A DNA stretch of 58,909 nt, filler included, from Platydemus manokwari (Eukaryota): the NCBI GenBank assembly GCA_037951405.1. It is 6 parts of 6 records of this genome, joined end to end, with 100 filler letters (N's around TTAATTAATTAA, not from the genome) between each part and the next. Parts side by side here need not be neighbours in the genome. Positions count along the whole stretch, not along the records: positions 49,792 to 58,909 come from JBBMOY011296984.1; 5 more parts are not named here. The stretch is one strand, 5' to 3'. Shown one piece after another: positions 51,860-58,909 of this stretch. The position numbers were made by a program, and so were the translations under genes. Each line of letters begins with the position of its first letter. Within the stretch, counting starts at the first letter, position 1. A model generated the notes under the pieces. It saw only the letters and a list, made by a program, of their open reading frames with translations, did not search any database and was not told where the DNA came from.

Positions 51860-54800
51860 TTACATATTTTCCAAGATGGCTAGTTTCTTTTTATTAACGC
51901 ATTTTTCAATATTTAAGTAGCTTGTAAATGTTTTATCTTTCAAAACTTCAATCAACCTCTTGGAAGAATAAGGTATTCTTTTCATAATTTGGAACTCCTG
52001 ACTGTCATATAATTTGCTGGGAGAATGGAATCTACCAGTGCATTTTAAATCTTTGAAATCATTGTATAATTCACCATCATAATTTCCGCAGATACCTCGA
52101 AGAGTTGAATAATAATTTGATGAAACCTATATAAAATTAAAAGAAAATTAAAAGAGAATTTTGTGTCTATCTTTATAAAGTCTGAAGGAAGAACAAAGAA
52201 AAGCATATTAAAAGTCAAACCTCCATAATAAGAATACTCGTCACATCTGTCATCACTTTTAACCCATGAAGCGGTAAATTTATCTCATACATGTCTGAAA
52301 CCCCATAAATGGTATTTCTAAGATATTTTATATCAATTACAGTTCCATTTCTAGATCTGTAACGGAGCTATCGATTAATCGAAATTCAAATCAAAGTTTG
52401 TACCGATATTTGTATGGAACAGACGTCTTCGAGTAATCGTTGTAGACATGCAATCCAGATATTGTCTTGACGATTCTAATTGGTTTGATTTGATTTGCCA
52501 GAATTTGAATGATAATCGCACCTTTGAAATTAATCCCTGAAATCTGAAAGTTGTTCTGTTCATCTTGCACGAAGGTTACCTTCTTGACAACACTAGCATT
52601 GAGATAAGGAAGAACATTTGGTATTTGGTAAGAAAAACCATCAAATGATATCACTGCACCTCGATTAGTTTTACCAATGGCCAGTTGGCATGTTTCTGTA
52701 AAAGAAACTATTTATACATTCCGCAACAGTGTACTTTGCATCACGATTATCATTTTCAGTTTTCAATGCCATCCTTTTCAATTTGGGAAAATCTTGTCAT
52801 AATTTTTGTAGGATTTCTTAAGATTTTTAAATCACGTTAATTATTTAAAATATAATTATCTGTAAACTAAATCAAACAAAGCGTATTCTCCTTAAGATAC
52901 CTGAAGCTTATTATTCTTATTAATTTGTTAACACATCAATTAAATATAGATTATTAGATGAATTTTAAACTGATTCCTGCTGAGATAAATAAATAAAAAA
53001 CAATCGTCACATATACAGGAGCAAAATTATGGTAAAATAAATAGCAATTTTACTCGTATGCATGTCTTTATGGGGACATGGACTCAATTTCTTGATTATT
53101 CCTTTTATAACATTACTCTGATAAACGCTCAGAATTTCTTTATGGTAAAGCTCTAAAAGAAGAGATCGAGAATCTCGGGTGATTGATGAACTGGAAAATA
53201 TAGACAGATATGATTTCTTTTCATAATTAAGATTATTTGTGAGAGAATATTTTCGCACAGATTTCGATTGGAGTGGTTTTATGATTCGTAAATATAGAGG
53301 ATAGAAATCTCTTGATTCGGTATTGATTCGATTGAGATATCGTGTTTCGATTTTGATTTCATTGAAGCTATTGAGTCTTATCCAAGCCTTGAAACATGAG
53401 GGACTGTTGGGGATTCCGATTCCGATACTTTCAAGACAATTTTTTATATATTTATCTTGATGCAAGTAATTATTTGGATTAGTCGATATTCTTTTATTAA
53501 GATTCAATGTTTCTTCATCCGTGTCAATGGTGATCTATGAAACACGATATCAATTAATTTATTGATAATAATACTTGTGAGGTATTTTTAATGAATTAAA
53601 TTTGTAAGTCAAATTTAATTCTAATTTTAAATAAAATCATATTATTATAAAATTAAATTAATTTGTTTAATTATTTGTATTTAAATAGATTTTTGGTGTC
53701 TTGACTTTTCAGTTCGTTTTTAATGTGTGGTTTTTAAAATAAAAGTAGCTAACAAGGCAACTACGCATCAGGATTCGATTCTGAAAAGATCAACGACTGA
53801 AAATTATAGAAAAAAGGAGGAAGATACTGAGACTATATTAAGAACATATAAAGAAATTGTAGAACAGATAGAAAGTGGATATAAAAAATATAATGGAGAT
53901 GTAAAAAAATATTAAAAGATTGAAGAAATAGAGTTTTTGTGTAATGAAATATGTAGAGTATTCCATACAGAAACAATTAACAAAATGAAAGGTTTTAAAG
54001 AAAGGGGAGTGTGAGATATATTAAATGAATTAAATTATTATTTCAAATGTAAATTAAATTTAATTCTAATTTTTTAATTAAATCATATTTATATAAAATT
54101 AAATTTATCTGTTTAATTATTTGTATTTAGATAGATTTTTGGTGTCTTGCCTTTTTAGTTCGTTTTTAATGTATGGTTTTTAAAATAATAAAATCAAACA
54201 CACACACATATATATGCGCGTGTATACAGAATAAAAATAAGAACTAACATGATAAAATTCAACATTTTCATGATTTGAAGATTGTTTTGTAATTATGGCA
54301 CTGAAATAGTGGAATTTATTGATTGCTACCTGCAGTGGTTTTGTTGAGTTGAAAATTATCGGTTTAGATAATCGTATTTCGCCACTGATAGTAGCATATT
54401 TTGGTTTGTTTGTCTGAAATATATAATGAAAACAGATCTTACGGCATTTCTCTCTTTTTGCCAATGCCAGATAAATATTTAAAGATATTTTTAATGGCGA
54501 AAGCATTTCACAAATTTACCAGTTTATTATCAGAATTTGGGATCAATATGTTCTCGAGGTCTGCAATGGATTCTGGAATGATAATTGAGATATTGATTTC
54601 GTCACTACAAAGAAGTTCTGAACGAAAAACCAACATCTTGTGAATGACCTTGGAATTGTTAATTGATTCTATGTCTGTATTTTAACAAATAATTTGTTAT
54701 AATCGCACATAATGGTATCGCTTAATAATATCCAATAACATCTAAGATATAAATCAATAGCTACATTGAGCATCATTACTTATTAACTCATTAAATTTAA

Positions 54801-57323
54801 ACAACAATAAATGATAAAAACAAGATATTTTAATTGTTTAATGGATAAATGGACTTGGTTAAAGGAGTTTTTATTAGGCTTCCACAATTTTGTCCATTTT
54901 TCAATTTGAATAAATAGCATAACTACCATAAAATCAACATTTTATTTTTATTTCTTTACAAATCTCGATAATTTTGGAGTTTGGGGTAAAATTAGATAGG
55001 TACCCCTCCCCAGATATCGCTTGATTAAACAATATAAATAAATAATAAAATGTGTTACTGTAATAGTTAATTTCTAATTATTTCTTAATCCAATTCAAAA
55101 GAAATTAAATATTTTTCAGAGTAGAAAGTCCATCGCAGAAATTATTGTGCAGTTGCGTTTAAATCTGTCGAACATTTGATAATTAGATTGCAATACAATA
55201 CTCTGCAAATTATTTTAATTTTAATGCACAAATAATTTACTTATTACTAATAGTAGTAGAAATGTAAATGAATATTTTATTAAAATTTAACAGTTTGGAT
55301 GTTAAAACTCTACTCTTATTTCTTTAAAACTCAGTAGATAACTAAAATTCTTCCATAAACATAATAGATAAACTAACGTTTCACAGTGATATTAAATTTT
55401 GTAGAATATTCCATTTGTTCAAGCCGACCTTCCAGTTTAAAAACATTGTAATTGGATGATTTGGAAGACACAAGCCTGATCATGAAAAACGCATCTCCAG
55501 GAGAGAAAATTGATGAAGCCTGGCCATTTAAATTTGGATCAATCAAATCGCAATAGTACGAAATGATCATTTCAATTCCAAACGGCAAATTAATCGATTT
55601 TGATTTTTTTTCTCTCAAATTGTTTTCTGGAACATATAAAGTATTGACGTTGCTAAAAATCATTAATTTATCCAAATCTATAATTGATTTCAATCGACTT
55701 GTTTTAAAGCGTTTGCTTATGATTCCGCGGATAATATCGTTGTTTGGTTTCAGTTTGTGGAGTTCTACTTCATAAATATTTTTGCCAACCAGTAAACCAA
55801 ATTCGATTTGCAACGTTTTCATGGTTTCAAGAATCCACTCAGACTCGAGTTCAGTTTTAAACAAACCCAAATCAAAACCCAAACTCATGGACTGGACGAA
55901 TTTGAATTCCGGTTGTACTTTGAATAAAAATTGAGTATTTTTATATGGTTTGATCAATCGTTGATCTATTTCGATTTCAATATCCGAATGGATTATTCGA
56001 TTAACGGTTCCTTTATATTTTATTCCCATTATTGTTGGAATATTCAATTCTCCATCAAGAAACATGAGATGCTGTATTTCAACTACTAGGGATTTATTGC
56101 TCTCAAGGAAATCGCGTATCATTTCAGTATGATTTTTCAAATAATCCTCAAACACATGTTCGATTCCAAAAAGTATGACTTCATTGTTGAAATATCTCAA
56201 TGCTATTGTGAAATCGGAAGATTCGACGAGGTTTTTATTTTCTTTCAAGATTGAGAATATTTTATCAATGAAATTTCTATTAGTGAGAAAGATTTCAGAA
56301 ATGTTTCCCATGTTTGTCAATTTTAATTCCATTCCAAACCCTTCAAAGTACTGATTCGAGTGGCTTTCAATTGCCAAAATGTTGATGGATGCAGGAAGAT
56401 GATGATATGAATTGTAAACGGTGGTTGTCAAGAAGAAAATTTTTTGACTGGGTACTCTTATAATTTGGGAATTTGAGTATTGGAATTCGAATTCTTCTAA
56501 TTTGATTTTCCGAAGAAGATCTTTGTAGACACTTTGAGGAAAAATTTCATTCAAACTTAGTAGCATACTTTGAAGAAATGATCTAATTTGTTTTATAGGC
56601 TCATTTCTGTGAGCGTCTATCAATGCCTCAAGTATTTGTCGATTTTTGCATTTGAGTAGAATGTCGAAACACGCTGCTATTCTCACCTCTATGTCATCGT
56701 TAATGTCAGAAAATATAGCAAAGAGCAATTCATTTATTTCTTTTCCTTTTTCAATTCTCGACACTTTTCTCAGTGAGTTAATCGCTTGAATTCTCAGTAT
56801 TGCAGAATATTTTTGGTTCATAATAATTTCTTCAAGAATTGGAAAAACCTCGACAATACCTAAATTTCCGAGACATTTTATCAAAATAAGATTTTTGATG
56901 TTCGTATTCAAGCTAGTATTAGAATATTTTAGATGCTCGGTAAAGTAATTTATCATTTTCATTCTGCCATGATACTGTTCCGATTGACTTTGAGAGAAAA
57001 ATGCGTTTGAAAGGCTTCCTATTGTTAGCCATAGGGATTTTAGAGTGTTAGAACAATAGATATTTGTTTTTATTTTCGGATTTTCTGCGGCATCCTAATA
57101 AAGATGATAATATTATTATTTAGATAAAAAAAATAATTAAACCATAAGGAAATCAATAATTTCATAGTCATCGACAATGCTTAAACTGGCCAGTTTGCCA
57201 ATTCGCCAAGCCATTTGATTGTCATATCTTGAATTATAATATTGATTTGATAGAAAAGCGTTCACAATAAATTTCGTTGATGCAATTGTCTGAACATTTG
57301 AGAGAATATCATAGAACCGTTTC
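51860..57323 (-). CDS. Large lipid transfer protein (vitellogenin/apolipophorin-like: lipovitellin helical domain, DUF1943-like region, VWD), 5' part missing; resolved exons include 57323-57143, 57094-55378, 53534-53054, 52695-52404, 52356-52221, 52126-51860
   Basis: RFYDILSNVQT, LWLTIGSL, LIKCLGNLG, LRIQAINSLR, DIEVRIAA, EPIKQIRSF, IPTIMG. VWD motifs TC...VISFDGFSY and LRGICGNYDGELYNDF. Introns checked in the VWD region keep the frame; several small middle exons (54330-55330) are only partly resolved. Confidence 0.9.
53576..54200 (+). mobile_element. TRIM-like miniature or internally deleted LTR retrotransposon in an intron of the lipid transfer gene
   Basis: Direct repeats 53576-53754 and 54010-54200 both start TGTGAG and end AACA. 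A purine tract AAAGAAAGGGGAG (53997-54009) abuts the second repeat. The internal region is ~255 nt. Confidence 0.7.
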
Positions 57324-58909
57324 CTAAAGACAATAGCATTTTATAAGGATTAGCTTTCCCGCTGTCCTTAGAAATCAAAATATGATTCTCAAAATAAGGC
57401 AAGTGTCTACCAAATATATATTATTTCCTATTTAACAATCGATATTGTTTTTTCAGCGCTAATGGAAGAAAGATTGGAAAAATATTTCACTCCAAATGTT
57501 ATTCATTAAAATAATAATAAATCCTAACATTAAATATGTTAGCTTCATCGATTTTACATTGCTATTTCATCTTCGAGATTCATTAAACTTACAACGGAAC
57601 TTTATCTTTTTTCTTTTTATATTTGAATATTATTTGCTAGTACTTCATTTAATAATTCGTTCCAAAATTGTTTCTCATATTAATAAGTAAAGATGGAAAA
57701 ATATAAGACATCAGACGATATGTCTTTATACACCTATAATAAATTTTTAAGTTATAAAGGTATTACAATTAAAATTGACCAAACACACTGAACCGATTTG
57801 TATCAAACATTCTATGAAAAAAGGCAATAATTTGAAATCTAAGTTTGATTTTCACTTTTACTGAAATCAATAAGTTAATCAATTGTGGTTATTCTTATAA
57901 TTAAATTAAATTAATTAAATAATTTTGATAATTGTAATTGTTCACAAAACCGAATTTGCTATTGAATTATTTCGTCCAATAAAATTGAAGATTTCTCTAA
58001 ATTTTTCTCATTGATTTTCAAAACTTAATATAGAGTTCAGAAAAGCCGAAATATTGATTGACTTCAAATAAAATGCATGCCTGTGGCCAGTTTTGAGGTT
58101 AACACAAATAGGATTGTAATATAGAACAATATCGATTTCAATCTTGGTAGTTGAAATGGATTAACTGAACTCCGTCCAATTATAATAGGTTTTCACAGTC
58201 TACTGGAAGAAAATAATAAGTTCAAAATACAACAGTAAGTGGATTGTGAGGTAATTATTTTGTAGTGTTTTATGATAATTATTTGTATCAAATTTTATCT
58301 TAGTAGTCTTTCAATGAACTACTCACTAGAAATGCAACAGATAAAAATACCAAAGCCTTCAAACTCTTACTATAATGAAAAAAAACCATTTCGAGATTGA
58401 CCAAAATTTCAGCCATTGATTTTTCGTATTTTTAACCGAAACCACATTTGATATTTGAATATCTCTGATCGACTTATAGTATAAATAAACAAATAACAGG
58501 AAAATAATAAAAACCTATTTAAAATTGATTTTATTTCGTTTGATTTTTGAAAATCAAATCTCAGGATATTTATCTTTAATGCCAAATTAGCCATAAAAAT
58601 TTTCTGACATTCTCCAATTGGTATTCATTAAATATTTTTCACTCGATGGATTATTTGCAAACACTTCTCAGAATTGGAGCAATTGTCCCATTGAAACAAT
58701 AACACGCAATGATTTATACAAAAATGCTAATAATCAAAAAGTACTTTTTGGGATGATTTGCTAACATATTTTAAATTGGTGATGAAAAGGTTTCGAAATG
58801 ATGAAATTTATAAATAAGTTCTGTTCGTGGAGTCCAGGTGGTCGAGTGGATGTAAATCAATCAATTTTAAGGGACTGGATGAAATAAATGACAGAATGAC
58901 GGAGATCGG

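Noticed and set aside
13633-57323. A lipid or membrane gene cluster (PISD, MATE, lipid transfer protein)
   Set aside because: The genes lie on different contigs joined by artificial spacers.
58477-58610. Candidate upstream exon of the lipid transfer gene (…NLALKINILRFDFQKSNEIKSILNR, phase-2 donor)
   Set aside because: The phase fits but the acceptor is poor and in-frame stops lie just upstream, so it is left out of the model.
1-58909. Prokaryotic systems (CRISPR arrays, operons), rRNA or intact tRNA genes, alternative genetic code
   Set aside because: No repeat-spacer array or RNA gene is visible, and the spliced genes translate cleanly in the standard code.

Overview
Very AT-rich animal DNA in the standard genetic code, with many 41-62 nt GT-AG introns. 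It is not one locus: six contigs (1-9077, 9178-18316, 18417-27422, 27523-36357, 36458-49691, 49792-58909) are joined by an identical artificial 100-nt spacer (N44-TTAATTAATTAA-N44), so nothing can be inferred from neighbourhood across the spacers. Host genes I can read are the 5' part of IFT27/RABL4, a phosphatidylserine decarboxylase (PISD), an orphan rhodopsin-class GPCR, the 3' part of a MATE/SLC47 transporter, the last exon of an S1 serine protease, and the 3' part of a vitellogenin/apolipophorin-type lipid transfer protein. The gene set and intron sizes fit a compact, ciliated invertebrate such as a flatworm; that assignment is inference. The rest is decayed mobile DNA: Ty3/gypsy-type gag (two copies) and integrase, an R2/NeSL-type non-LTR element, mariner, pogo, MULE, possible piggyBac and Maverick/Polinton fragments. 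I found no intact novel multi-gene system. The best leads are a decayed class III viral fusion glycoprotein-like (chuvirus G / herpes gB) relic beside a gag, a ~625-bp TRIM-like mini LTR element in an intron, Maverick fragments and two orphan repeat families. All protein-family calls come from manual translation and motif recall, not database searches.
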